DNA of 53,944 nt from Alphaproteobacteria bacterium (GCA_016777645.1 JADHRC010000001.1:1-53944); one strand, 5' to 3'; counted from the first letter of the stretch, positions 21,046 through 31,195 are shown. The notes: generated by a model not told the origin, from the sequence alone. Program-made: numbers and translations.

Positions 21046-21297
21046 CTATTCTTGATCAAAGGCAGTCAATTTGTCTGGAGTAGAGCCAAGGGAGTCAGAA
21101 GCTTGAATAGTTTCCACTTTCATTTTGGCTTCATTAAGCTTCTTTTGACAATGATCCTTTAATTGTGAACCTCTATCATAAGCGGCAATAGCTTCATCAA
21201 GAGACACATCACCCTTATCTAAAGAATCTACGAGTTTCTCTAATTCTCTCATAGCATCTTCAAATGACATGTCTTCTAAAACTTCATTACTTTCCAT
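21046..21297 (-). CDS. xseB: Exodeoxyribonuclease VII small subunit
   Basis: SFEDAMRELEKLV..LD.G..SLDEAI..Y.RG..L..C. Confidence 0.93.
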   Translation of the reverse strand: MESNEVLEDMSFEDAMRELEKLVDSLDKGDVSLDEAIAAYDRGSQLKDHCQKKLNEAKMKVETIQASDSLGSTPDKLTAFDQE

Positions 21298-21377
21298 TAA
21301 ATAAATACCTATATAAATTTATATATAAAAATTATATATGTTTAAATTTAGCTGTTCAAAATAATTTAAGCAACTTA

Positions 21378-22322
21378 TTACTTTATCATATGTAAAGCGT
21401 TTATAATTTTTCTTCCGATATTATGTTCAAATGCTGAATGCCCTGCATCATCTACAATTTGAAGTTCAGAAGATTTCCATTCTTTTGAAAGATTCATTGC
21501 ACTAAAAGGTGGACAGATTACGTCATGTCTTCCTTGAACAATTATTGCGGGTATATGTGATATTTTACCTATATTATTAATAATAAAATTTTTACTAATA
21601 AAACAATCATTTATAAAATAATGAGCTTCTATTCTAGAAATTGCTAATGCGTTTTCTCCAGATATAGGACGCTCTACATATTCTAGAGAAGAGCAAGAGT
21701 TTTCATATTCTGCCCAAACAGAGGCAGCCTTCAAATTAGCTGATCTATCTTTTGCGTTTAATTGTGAATAAAACCAATTGAGAATATTATCTCTTTCTGT
21801 TTTTGGTACATATGAAATAAATTTATTATAAGCTTCTGGGAAAAATCTATTAATATCATATAAAAACCAATTTACTTCTTTTCTAGAGCCTAAAAATATT
21901 CCCCTTAAAATAAAACCTTTACATCTTTCTGGATATTTTATTCCATACAAAAGAGCTAAAGTGCTACCCCAAGAACCTCCAAAAAGGAGCCAACTATCAA
22001 TTTTTAAAAAATTTCTTAAGCATTCAATATCAGATAGAAGTAATTCTGTTGTATTATTTTTAATTTCAGCATAGGGAATACTTTTGCCAGAGCCTCTTTG
22101 ATCATAAAAAATAACCCTGAAAGTCTTGGGGTCAAAAAAACCCTTGTGTGAATTAGAGAAGCCTGCTCCAGGTCCACCATGCAAAAATAATACTGGCCTG
22201 CCGTTAGGGTTTCCATATTCTTCATAGTATAAGGAATGACCATCACCAACTTCAAGATAGCCTTCGTTATATGATGGCAAACACTCAAAAAAAGTTTTAG
22301 CTCTTTGTTTTATGCTTAACAT
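21378..22322 (-). CDS. pip: Proline iminopeptidase (S33)
   Basis: HGGPG, DQRGSG.S, GGSWGSTL, LRGIFL, QGRHDVIC, AGHS catalytic triad motifs. Confidence 0.94.
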   Translation of the reverse strand: MLSIKQRAKTFFECLPSYNEGYLEVGDGHSLYYEEYGNPNGRPVLFLHGGPGAGFSNSHKGFFDPKTFRVIFYDQRGSGKSIPYAEIKNNTTELLLSDIECLRNFLKIDSWLLFGGSWGSTLALLYGIKYPERCKGFILRGIFLGSRKEVNWFLYDINRFFPEAYNKFISYVPKTERDNILNWFYSQLNAKDRSANLKAASVWAEYENSCSSLEYVERPISGENALAISRIEAHYFINDCFISKNFIINNIGKISHIPAIIVQGRHDVICPPFSAMNLSKEWKSSELQIVDDAGHSAFEHNIGRKIINALHMIK

Positions 22323-22347
22323 TAAAGACTAAGAAAAATGGTTATAA

Positions 22348-22881
22348 CTAAGCTGCTTCTTCAGAGTTTTCATCAATTATTTTTTCAAGTTTTACCACTG
22401 CACTATCTTTATCTGTATTATCCACAGCTGCAAATTCACTTGCCAAACGCTCTATAGCAGCTTGATACATTTGACGTTCAGAGTAAGATTGTTCACCTTG
22501 ATCATCTTTTCTGTAAAGATCTCTAACTACTTCAGCTATAGATACCAAGCTACCTGAATTTATTTTAGTTTCGTACTCTTGAGCTCGTCTAGACCACATA
22601 GCTTTTTTAACCTTTGCCTTACCCTTCAAAGTAACAATAGCTTCCTCCATCTGAACCTTACTAGACAAAGTCCTCAAACCTGATTCTTTAGCCTTAGAAA
22701 GAGGTACTCTAAGTGTCATTCTTTCGTGTTCAAATCTTACAACTAACAATTCTAATTCCAAGTCCTCAACTTGGCGTTTTTCTGTGCCAATAATCTTTCC
22801 AACTCCATGGCTTGGATAAACAACGAAATCTCCTGGGATAAAAGAATTTACTAAGTCTTCATTTTTGGACAATTTATTCAC
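22348..22881 (-). CDS. carD: CarD/CdnL family transcription factor
   Basis: GDFVVYPSHGVGKI, conserved Trp in MWSRRAQEYE, AEVVRDL, SYSERQ. GTG start. Confidence 0.93.
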   Translation of the reverse strand: MNKLSKNEDLVNSFIPGDFVVYPSHGVGKIIGTEKRQVEDLELELLVVRFEHERMTLRVPLSKAKESGLRTLSSKVQMEEAIVTLKGKAKVKKAMWSRRAQEYETKINSGSLVSIAEVVRDLYRKDDQGEQSYSERQMYQAAIERLASEFAAVDNTDKDSAVVKLEKIIDENSEEAA

Positions 22882-22990
22882 CTTTGTTTATTAAATATGA
22901 TTTTAAACGTTCACAATTAAAAATAAAAAACGGAGTTATACCATATTATGCTGCGGAAAACTAGTTTAAAACTAAACGAAACTAGTACGT

Positions 22991-23326
22991 TTATAATTGT
23001 CCAGGCTCTTGAGAACCATATTTTTCAAATTTTCCTTCTTCATCAGCATATTTTTCAGCATCTGGTAGGGGATCAATTTTCATAGTTATATTTGGCCAAA
23101 TTTCTGACATTTCTCTATTATATTCTAACCATTGATCGGCACCAGGGTCAGTGTCTGACTGGATGGCATCTACAGGACATTCAGGCTCACATACGCCACA
23201 ATCAATACATTCATCTGGGTGAATAACAATAGTATTCTCCCCCAGGTAAAAACAGTCAACTGGACAAACTTCCACACAATCAGTATGTCTACAATTAATA
23301 CATTTGTCATTTACGATATAAGTCAT
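22991..23326 (-). CDS. fdxA: 7Fe/8Fe ferredoxin FdxA
   Basis: [38 protein letters not shown]. Confidence 0.95.
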   Translation of the reverse strand: MTYIVNDKCINCRHTDCVEVCPVDCFYLGENTIVIHPDECIDCGVCEPECPVDAIQSDTDPGADQWLEYNREMSEIWPNITMKIDPLPDAEKYADEEGKFEKYGSQEPGQL

Positions 23327-23392
23327 AACGGTCCTATTTTGTAGATTATTTAAACCACAAAAAAATGGATTACAAGTATAGATTTTATAATT

Positions 23393-23788
23393 TTAATCTC
23401 TACCCATTAATTTGTCTGTTTGCCGTCTTTCTAATTTTGTTGGTCGCCCAACCCTTTGAACAAATTTAAAAACGGGAGATTTATTTACATTTTCTACTTT
23501 CACTTCTAGAGGACTGACATCTTTATAATAGAATAAAGATTCTTGATAAGAACCTCTTCTTTTGGGGATATTGATAACTTCTAAAACCTTAATTCTATTA
23601 TTAAGTGTAAATGTCAGTACATCATTGATAGAAATTAGTTTGTGAGGCTTTTGTGTAACTTGACCAGACACTCTCAATCTATTTGAGCTTATAAACTTAG
23701 TTGCTAAGCTTCTACTTTTAAAAATCCTTATATAAAATAAAAATAAATCAAGCCTTATTATTTTATTATCTAATTTTTCTTGATTCAT
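23393..23788 (-). CDS. hslR: RNA-binding S4 domain protein (Hsp15/HslR-like)
   Basis: RLDLFL..RIFKSRSLA, RRG, C-terminal GRPTKLERRQ. Confidence 0.85.
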   Translation of the reverse strand: MNQEKLDNKIIRLDLFLFYIRIFKSRSLATKFISSNRLRVSGQVTQKPHKLISINDVLTFTLNNRIKVLEVINIPKRRGSYQESLFYYKDVSPLEVKVENVNKSPVFKFVQRVGRPTKLERRQTDKLMGRD

Positions 23789-23792
23789 AAAG

Positions 23793-26468
23793 TTATTTAG
23801 TCTTGAAGGTCTTCAAAATTGCAAATGGTGACAGAGGATCAGGTAACTTTTCCTTTTTTTGATTTGTTTTAAGATCGTTTCTTTTAGGCTTTGATATAAA
23901 TGTTTTGCTTTTTTCTTTTTTAAAATATTTTATTTTTGTTTTAATTTTCTTTTTACGTTCAAAAATTATAATAGGAACCTGATCAGCCAAATTCGAAGGT
24001 TCTTCTCCAACCTTTATGTAATTTAAATCATACAAAATTTTTTCCATTTGTATTTTTGTTGCCCCCGCAATAGACAACATTGCATCATTAATCCTAAACT
24101 TACCCGACCGTGCCTCAACTCTTATTAATGCAGAAAGTCTCTCGGCAATATCTGCTCTAAGGGCTAAGTCTCCTAATGGAACAAATCCAACAGCCCTATA
24201 AAAAGAATGATTAGCATCAGGATCCATAATCACACTAACCCTACCGTCTGGTGGATAACTATGTTTGGGAAAATTTTGGTGAAAAACTGACCAAAGTAAT
24301 GCTCTCAACTTAATCACAGATGGCTTGAGCAGATTAGGTAAATAGATTGTCTCAACACCTAATCGAATTCCTAATTTGGCTAAATGTGTTCTCTCACTAT
24401 CTGATAAATTCTTAATAGACATAGTAAGACTACTTGTTCTAGCGGAACCCATCCCTTCATAAACCTCATAGGCAATGCCAAGAGCCTTTCCATAGGAATT
24501 TAAAGGAGTAGTTGTATGCATTTGATCAACACTCTCTTCTTTATTTTGGTTATCATCTTTAGATTTTTTGTCTATATCCGATAAAGAAGGATCTTTAAGA
24601 TTAATTGCCTCGATTAAAATATTTCTGATATTTGCATCTACTGCCTCTATTATTCTTAATTGAATCTGTTTAGTTTGTTCATCAGATAAAAGTTCGCTAG
24701 GTTTAACATTGATTTTTGGAGAATATATATCTTCCCCATTTACTAATGAGGCAACTTTATTATTCTGCCAAAGGATAAACCCATGATTATCAAATTTAAA
24801 AGCAGCATTATCTGACATGAGTAATTCTTTGACACGTCTACTAATCTCTTTGGGTAAAGTTTTTCTTGCTGCTGTTAAAATGGGTGCAGCATTTTCACCA
24901 TTTGATAAGGTAGGTATAAAATCAAATCCATTAAGCGTTCCAACTTCTTCACCCTCTACAAATACTTTACCATCTATCCTTACTATTGCTTCCAAATTAT
25001 TATACTCTTTTAGTGTTTTATTTAAGATAACAATTCTTTTATCAACAAATCTTTGAGTTAATCTCTCATGTAACTCATCTGACAATTTATCTTCTATTGT
25101 TTTTGCTTGATGTTGCCAATATTCAGATTCGTCTAACCAATTAGTTCTATTAGTTATAAATGTCCAAGTTCTAATATTTGCAATTCTATTTAATAGAGTA
25201 TCAATTTCACCATCATACCTATCAAGACGCTTGATCTGAGACTTTATCCATTCATTATCTAGTTTACCTTTGGATAATAATAATTCAAAAGTTTTTTCTA
25301 GCAAGTTAAAATGCATTCCCGAGAGAGTATTACTAAAATCAGGTATTTGGCAAATATTCCATAAAAGAGATAAATTTTGTTTATTATTGATCTTAGCTTT
25401 TACGCTTTCAATTTCAGATAAATATGTAAAACAAATAGCATCCAAAGCCCCTACTTTTTTTCTCATGAAATTAAATGGTGGTGATTTATCTAAGGATTTT
25501 ATTAATTTGTTCACTGAGTTAAAGTTTAAATCTGTATTTCTCCACCATACATATTTGAGTGGGAAAAAAGAGTGTGTTTCAATTTGCTCTATAGTATCTT
25601 CATCAAATTTTAAACTTTCCTCTACAACTCCAAAAGTTCCATTTCTACTACTGCGGCCTGCTCTGCCAGCTATTTGTGCAATTTCTGGGGGTGTAAGGTA
25701 TCTTGGCATGTTCCCATCAAATTTAGAATCGGATGCAAACGCTACATGATCAATATCCATATTTAAACCCATTCCAATAGCATCAGTCGCAATTAGATAG
25801 TCAACTTGCCCATTTTGGTATAGATCAACTTGGGAATTTCTAGTTCTAGGTGACAATGCCCCCATCACGATAGCAGCACCCCCTTTTTTAGTTCTAACTA
25901 GTTCTGCAATTTTATAAACTTCAGGGATTGAAAACGCTACGATGGTCGATCTTGGTTTTAATCTAGTTAATTTTTTAACTCCTACATAACTTAATGTTGA
26001 TAATCTAGGTCTTGTTTCAATAGTAATATTTGGAAGGATTTTCTGGAGGAGTGGTCTTATAGTTTCTGCACCTAAAAAAACAGTCTCTTCTTTTCCTCTG
26101 GAATGTAAAATTCTATCAGTAAAAATATAACCTCTATCAGGGTCAGCTGCCAATTGAATCTCGTCCACACATAAAAAAGAAAATTCTTTTTCCAATGGCA
26201 TAGATTCAACTGTACAACAAAAATACTTAGCATAGGGAGGGATAATCTTCTCTTCACCTGTTACGAGCGCAACGTTGGATTTTCCTACTTTTGAAACTGC
26301 TTTATCATAATTTTCTCTTGCTAAAAGTCTTAATGGAAAACCAATTATTCCAGACGCATGAGATAGCATCCTATCCATCGCGTAAAAAGTTTTTCCAGTG
26401 TTAGTCGGACCTAAAATTGCCTTCAATCGACAGTTTAAATTGGAAAAGTTTTTGTCATTTAGATTCAT
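23793..26468 (-). CDS. SF2 Suv3-like RNA helicase (alphaproteobacterial MgpS type)
   Basis: GPTNTGKT, PLRLLARE, DEIQ, ATDAIGMGLN, QIAGRAGR, LSDELHERLTQRFVD, C-terminal DPLSPFA.L. Confidence 0.9.
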   Translation of the reverse strand: MNLNDKNFSNLNCRLKAILGPTNTGKTFYAMDRMLSHASGIIGFPLRLLARENYDKAVSKVGKSNVALVTGEEKIIPPYAKYFCCTVESMPLEKEFSFLCVDEIQLAADPDRGYIFTDRILHSRGKEETVFLGAETIRPLLQKILPNITIETRPRLSTLSYVGVKKLTRLKPRSTIVAFSIPEVYKIAELVRTKKGGAAIVMGALSPRTRNSQVDLYQNGQVDYLIATDAIGMGLNMDIDHVAFASDSKFDGNMPRYLTPPEIAQIAGRAGRSSRNGTFGVVEESLKFDEDTIEQIETHSFFPLKYVWWRNTDLNFNSVNKLIKSLDKSPPFNFMRKKVGALDAICFTYLSEIESVKAKINNKQNLSLLWNICQIPDFSNTLSGMHFNLLEKTFELLLSKGKLDNEWIKSQIKRLDRYDGEIDTLLNRIANIRTWTFITNRTNWLDESEYWQHQAKTIEDKLSDELHERLTQRFVDKRIVILNKTLKEYNNLEAIVRIDGKVFVEGEEVGTLNGFDFIPTLSNGENAAPILTAARKTLPKEISRRVKELLMSDNAAFKFDNHGFILWQNNKVASLVNGEDIYSPKINVKPSELLSDEQTKQIQLRIIEAVDANIRNILIEAINLKDPSLSDIDKKSKDDNQNKEESVDQMHTTTPLNSYGKALGIAYEVYEGMGSARTSSLTMSIKNLSDSERTHLAKLGIRLGVETIYLPNLLKPSVIKLRALLWSVFHQNFPKHSYPPDGRVSVIMDPDANHSFYRAVGFVPLGDLALRADIAERLSALIRVEARSGKFRINDAMLSIAGATKIQMEKILYDLNYIKVGEEPSNLADQVPIIIFERKKKIKTKIKYFKKEKSKTFISKPKRNDLKTNQKKEKLPDPLSPFAILKTFKTK

Positions 26469-26608
26469 TCAACAAGCTCTTCTAAATAATTCAGATTGTC
26501 TTAGACAATAATAATATTAATAATATATTTAACCTAAATTACATTAGCTAAAAATAATATACACCTTTTAAAATTATCTATAAGGTAAAATCTTTTGAGG
26601 AGAAACAT

Positions 26609-27388
26609 ATGAGCGAAACGAGAAGAAAGGCAATAATTACAGGAAGTAGTAAGGGTATTGGCAAAGCCATAGCAGAACGTTTCGCCGAAGAAAATATGGA
26701 TGTCTTTTTATTATCATCGAATGAAGATAACTTAAAAAAAACAGCTTCTGAACTTAGAAATAAATATAAAACCAATATTCACTACCATGCATCAAATTTA
26801 AAAACAAAAGAAGGTTGTGAAAGCGCAATTAAAACTATTGAAAATGAATTTAAAAATTTTGATACTTTGGTTTTTAGTGCAGGAGCTACTAAAAGTGGTA
26901 ACTTTCTTGAGCAACCATTTGAGGATTTTGAAGATGGCTTTGCACTCAAATTTTATAGTGCTGTTAGATTATCAAAGGCATTTTGGCCAACTCTTTCTAA
27001 AAATAAAGGATGGATAGTTTCAATCAATGGTGCAATGAGCCACTCACCAGATCCATTTTTTATGGTTGGTGGTGCTGTTAATGCTGCATTTTTAAATTTT
27101 ACTAAAGCTTTATCAAAAAAAGGATTAGTAGACGGAGTGAATGTAAATTCTATTAACCCTGGAATGACATCAACAGACCGCTTAATAACAATTATACAAA
27201 GTAATGCTGATAGAGAAGGTATTAGTTATGAAGAGGCTGAAAAAAAAGCACTTGAAAATATTGGTTTAGATAGATTTGGAACACCTGAAGAAGTTGCTGA
27301 GCTAACTTATTTTTTATGCAATCCTAAAATGCGTCATCTTACTGGAACAGAAATAAACCTAGACGGTGGTAAAAAACCAACAATATAA
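26609..27388 (+). CDS. Atypical short-chain dehydrogenase/reductase lacking YxxxK
   Basis: TGSSKGIG Rossmann motif and NSINPG..T present; the catalytic motif position reads GGAVN. Confidence 0.88.
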   Translation: MSETRRKAIITGSSKGIGKAIAERFAEENMDVFLLSSNEDNLKKTASELRNKYKTNIHYHASNLKTKEGCESAIKTIENEFKNFDTLVFSAGATKSGNFLEQPFEDFEDGFALKFYSAVRLSKAFWPTLSKNKGWIVSINGAMSHSPDPFFMVGGAVNAAFLNFTKALSKKGLVDGVNVNSINPGMTSTDRLITIIQSNADREGISYEEAEKKALENIGLDRFGTPEEVAELTYFLCNPKMRHLTGTEINLDGGKKPTI

Positions 27389-27411
27389 TAAACATAAGGA
27401 AAATTATTAGA

Positions 27412-29070
27412 ATGACTAAAAAAGCTGCGTCTGTTTTTGTACAAACCTTAAAAAATCATGGTGTAGATAGGTTCTTTTGTGTGCCTGGAGAATCTTATTT
27501 ATCTGTCATGGACGAATTATTATATTCTCCAGGCATAGATGTAGTTACTTGCAGACATGAAGGTGGCGCAGGATTTATGGCAGTAGCCGATGCAAAGTGC
27601 ACTGGTAAGGCAGGTGTAGCTTTTGTAAGTAGAGGGCCTGGTGCAACAAATGCTTCTATTGCAGTACACTCTGCGCACCAGGGTGGAATCCCAATGGTAC
27701 TTTTTATTGGCCAAATAAATAGAATTAGTACTGGTAAAATGCATTTACAGGAAATGGATTTCATAAAAACTTTTTCTGATATGGCCAAACATGTTGAACA
27801 AATTAATACCCCAAGTGAAATAGCAAATGTAACCGCAAGAGCCTTCCACATTGCAGAAAGTGGAATTCCAGGACCTGTTGTTATAGCAATACCTACAGAT
27901 GTCTTAGAAGCCAAAGTAGAAATTGATGATGTACAACAAATAAAAATTAATCCACCACTTGCTTTTCCTTCAAAAGTAAGGGAAGTGTCTGATGCCTTAC
28001 ATTCAGCTAAAAAACCAGTCCTTGTTGTAGGTGGGCAAATTCACGTCTCAGATAACGCTAGAAACCTTGTTCAGATTGTAGCTGAAAAATACAATCTACC
28101 TGTTTTGTGTACTTATGAACATCAAGATATTCTTTCTCACAATCATAAACATTATGCGGGTGAGTTAGGTTTAAGACCACCAGAGCCCATAAGAAAAAAT
28201 GCTCTTGAAGCAGATGTTGTATTAGTGGTAGGCCACAGGTTTAATGGTGTTCCGAACATGGCTTACAAATTTCCTTCACCAAAACAAAAATTTATTCATG
28301 TTTTACCTGATCCAAATAGTATTGGTAAAATTTTTAGGACAGACTTAAGCATAGTGGCAGATGGTGAAAACTTTTTAGAACAACTATCAATAGTAGAAGA
28401 TAATAAAAAAAGTTCTGATAAGAATGAATGGGTAAAATTATGCCATAATAGATATTTAGAAAATGATGCAACCAGACCTCCTCGCAATGCAAATGATGGT
28501 TTAGACTTTGCTCATTTAATAGATGGTTTAGGCAAACTTGCGCCCGAAGACACTATCATAACAAATGATGCTGGCAATTTTACAAGTTGGATGCATCATA
28601 GATTTCCTTTTAAATCGTCCATGAAATTAATAGGCTCAGAAATAGGTGCTATGGGAATGGGGATACCTGCAGGAGTTGCAGCAGCTTTAAGATATCCCAA
28701 CAGACAAGTTTTCTCTATCGTAGGAGATGGTGGAGCTTTAATGACAGGATCAGAATTAGCTACAGCAGTTGCTCAAAAGGCAAAAATTAGGGTTATAATT
28801 GCAAACAACCAGCATTATGGAACAATACGATACCATCAAGAAGTACACTTCCCAACCAGAAATCACTATGCAACAAATTTAGTAAATCCTGATTTTGCAA
28901 AATATGGTGAAAGTTTTGGACTGCAGTGTTTTACTATAAATGAAGTTGAGGACATTATTCCAACAATTCAGAAAGCTATGAAGGTAGATGGGCCTTCTCT
29001 TATTGAATTTAAAATGAGCCTAGAACTTAACACCAGTACTACGACTATTTCTCAACTTCAGGTAAAGTAA
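27412..29070 (+). CDS. Thiamine-diphosphate-dependent enzyme, acetolactate synthase-like, function unknown
   Basis: FCVPGESYL, RHEGGA (catalytic Glu), RGPGATN, GAMG.G.P, ThDP motif GDGG..NN..YGTIR. Confidence 0.88.
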   Translation: MTKKAASVFVQTLKNHGVDRFFCVPGESYLSVMDELLYSPGIDVVTCRHEGGAGFMAVADAKCTGKAGVAFVSRGPGATNASIAVHSAHQGGIPMVLFIGQINRISTGKMHLQEMDFIKTFSDMAKHVEQINTPSEIANVTARAFHIAESGIPGPVVIAIPTDVLEAKVEIDDVQQIKINPPLAFPSKVREVSDALHSAKKPVLVVGGQIHVSDNARNLVQIVAEKYNLPVLCTYEHQDILSHNHKHYAGELGLRPPEPIRKNALEADVVLVVGHRFNGVPNMAYKFPSPKQKFIHVLPDPNSIGKIFRTDLSIVADGENFLEQLSIVEDNKKSSDKNEWVKLCHNRYLENDATRPPRNANDGLDFAHLIDGLGKLAPEDTIITNDAGNFTSWMHHRFPFKSSMKLIGSEIGAMGMGIPAGVAAALRYPNRQVFSIVGDGGALMTGSELATAVAQKAKIRVIIANNQHYGTIRYHQEVHFPTRNHYATNLVNPDFAKYGESFGLQCFTINEVEDIIPTIQKAMKVDGPSLIEFKMSLELNTSTTTISQLQVK

Positions 29071-29126
29071 TAATGATCTTTTTTACTGATGAGTATCTAT
29101 GATTATAATAAAAACTGAAAATTTAA

Positions 29127-29972
29127 CTATTTTTTAATAATTTTATAGACTTCTGTATGGTCTGGATTGCCTCCAAGTGCCTGTAAAGTAGATGACAAGT
29201 ATTTTAAAACATTATTTGACAGGGGATTTTCTGAGGATAAATCTTTAATTAAGCTATCTGCGATAGAGACATCTTTAACCATCAAATCTAAGGCAAAACC
29301 AGAATTAAATTTTTCAGAAACCACGAATTTGTCGAGTTTAACTTCTGTTGTATTATTTTTACCAGTTGCTCCATTTATTATTTTTAAAAAATTTTCTGGT
29401 TTAATTCCAAATGAACGAGCCGTCGCCAACGCTTCAAAGCTAGCTATTAAGCCTGCTGCTGAAACATAGTTATTTAGAGCTTTAATAGCATGACCAGAAC
29501 CTAATGGACCAGCAAACTGAACAGTTCCCATTACAGACAAAAGATCTTTTACTACTTCTAAACCTTCTTCTTCACCCCCTGCCATAATCATTAAATCACC
29601 TGTTTTAGCTCTAGCCACACCACCAGAAACAGGAGCATCTAAAAATTTTAAACCTTTAGCTTCTATGGTTTTACCAAGTTTTTTAGTCTCACGAGGATCA
29701 CTTGAAGACATATCTATTAAGATAGACTTAGTGTTTATCTCTAATAATTTATTGACAACTTCAGATACTATTTTGCTATTGGGTAACATAAGAATAATGG
29801 CATCTAACTGAGCAAAATCATCTAATGTATCTAATTGTTTCACTCCAGATGATTGATCAATATTTGCTCTTATATCATAACCATAAACTTCATACCCTGC
29901 TTTTACTAATAATGGCGACATCACTGAACCCATAGCACCAAGACCTATAAACCCAACCTTTTTAATATTCAT
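29127..29972 (-). CDS. Beta-hydroxyacid dehydrogenase (3-hydroxyisobutyrate dehydrogenase / tartronate semialdehyde reductase family)
   Basis: GFIGLGAMG, IDMSS, DAPVSGG, G.GHAIKALNN (catalytic Lys), F.LDLM.KD. Confidence 0.9.
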   Translation of the reverse strand: MNIKKVGFIGLGAMGSVMSPLLVKAGYEVYGYDIRANIDQSSGVKQLDTLDDFAQLDAIILMLPNSKIVSEVVNKLLEINTKSILIDMSSSDPRETKKLGKTIEAKGLKFLDAPVSGGVARAKTGDLMIMAGGEEEGLEVVKDLLSVMGTVQFAGPLGSGHAIKALNNYVSAAGLIASFEALATARSFGIKPENFLKIINGATGKNNTTEVKLDKFVVSEKFNSGFALDLMVKDVSIADSLIKDLSSENPLSNNVLKYLSSTLQALGGNPDHTEVYKIIKK

Positions 29973-29989
29973 TTTTTTACCTTTTTAAA

Positions 29990-31195
29990 TTATATTTTAA
30001 TTATCTTTTTAGATACTAGGGTTTCAATTTCAAAATCTGAATACCCCAGATCAATTAATACTTCTTTTGTATTTTCACCAAGATTAGGTGCATGCAATGT
30101 TTCATTATTATCATTCTTATAAAATTTTACAGGAAATTTTGGGTACAAAAGCTTTCCTTCAGTTGGATGATCCATTTCTGCAAAAAAACTTGTTTGTTTG
30201 AGATGGGTATCTTCAAAAATATCTTCTGCAAAATTAACTTTGGCTGCAGGTATATCACTTTCTTTTAGTGCATTTAACCAATAATTTGTATTTTGTTTTT
30301 TTAACTCCTCTGAGAGCATATGATACAATAAATCTATGTTTTCATTTCTACTTTTTAGTGACGAAAATCTATCATCATTTAAAATATTTTCTTTTCCTAC
30401 TAGCTTAAAAAATCTTATCCACTGCTCATCACTATAGGGTAATACAGCAACATATCCATCCTTGGTTTTATAAGGTCTTCTATTAGGTGACGATTGCCTA
30501 GGATAAATTGGTGGTGCCTTAGGAGGTACAAAATTAAAACCATATAAATGTTCTACAAGGGTAAAATCTACCATCGTTTCCATCATTGGAACTTCTAATT
30601 CTATTCCTTTTCTACTTTTTTCTCTTTTGAATAAAGCACCTAAAATTGACATTCCTAGCATGATACCAGTCACTTTATCAGCAGTAGCTCCAGAAGTATA
30701 ACTAGGTTGATTAGAATAGGCTGCTTGATAAGCAGCCATTCCACTTATTGCCTGTATAGTATCATCAAAAGCAGGTAATCCTGCATAAGGACCATCAGAA
30801 GAAAATCCTACAGCATTCGCTGTAATTATTTTGGGATTAAGTTTTTCAAAATCAGAATGAGTTAATTTAATTTTTTTTAAAGCAGCTTTTCTTATATTAG
30901 AAACAAAAACATCTGATTTTTTGATCAATTTATATAAAATCAATCTTCCTTCAGGAGATTTTAAATCGACACAAATACTCTTTTTATTTCGGTTGATATT
31001 TAAAAAAACAGCAGCCATACCTTTGTTTACGCTTGGACCAATATAACGAGTATTATCTCCATTTAAAGTTTCTACCTTAATAATTTCTGCTCCCATATCC
31101 GCTAAAAGTCTTGTGCAGTATGGAACCATTAATATTGAAGACGCATCAATAATTCTAATGCCATCTAAGGGTCCTTTATTCATGAAATAATCCAT
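29990..31195 (-). CDS. Family III CoA-transferase (CaiB/BaiF/Frc family)
   Basis: GPLDGIRIID, LADMGAEIIKVE, NRNKKSI..DLK, AFDDTIQAISG (catalytic Asp region), APNLGENT. Confidence 0.9.
   Translation of the reverse strand: MDYFMNKGPLDGIRIIDASSILMVPYCTRLLADMGAEIIKVETLNGDNTRYIGPSVNKGMAAVFLNINRNKKSICVDLKSPEGRLILYKLIKKSDVFVSNIRKAALKKIKLTHSDFEKLNPKIITANAVGFSSDGPYAGLPAFDDTIQAISGMAAYQAAYSNQPSYTSGATADKVTGIMLGMSILGALFKREKSRKGIELEVPMMETMVDFTLVEHLYGFNFVPPKAPPIYPRQSSPNRRPYKTKDGYVAVLPYSDEQWIRFFKLVGKENILNDDRFSSLKSRNENIDLLYHMLSEELKKQNTNYWLNALKESDIPAAKVNFAEDIFEDTHLKQTSFFAEMDHPTEGKLLYPKFPVKFYKNDNNETLHAPNLGENTKEVLIDLGYSDFEIETLVSKKIIKI

Noticed and set aside
22418-22426. Perfect DnaA box TTATCCACA
   Set aside because: A single copy inside the carD coding sequence (encoding AVDN on the minus strand); no cluster and no origin-associated genes.
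27412-29070. Calling the ThDP enzyme ilvB/ilvI, oxc, gcl or xsc
   Set aside because: No regulatory small subunit or pta gene is adjacent, and its N-terminal motif (FCVPGESYL) does not match those enzymes; left unnamed.
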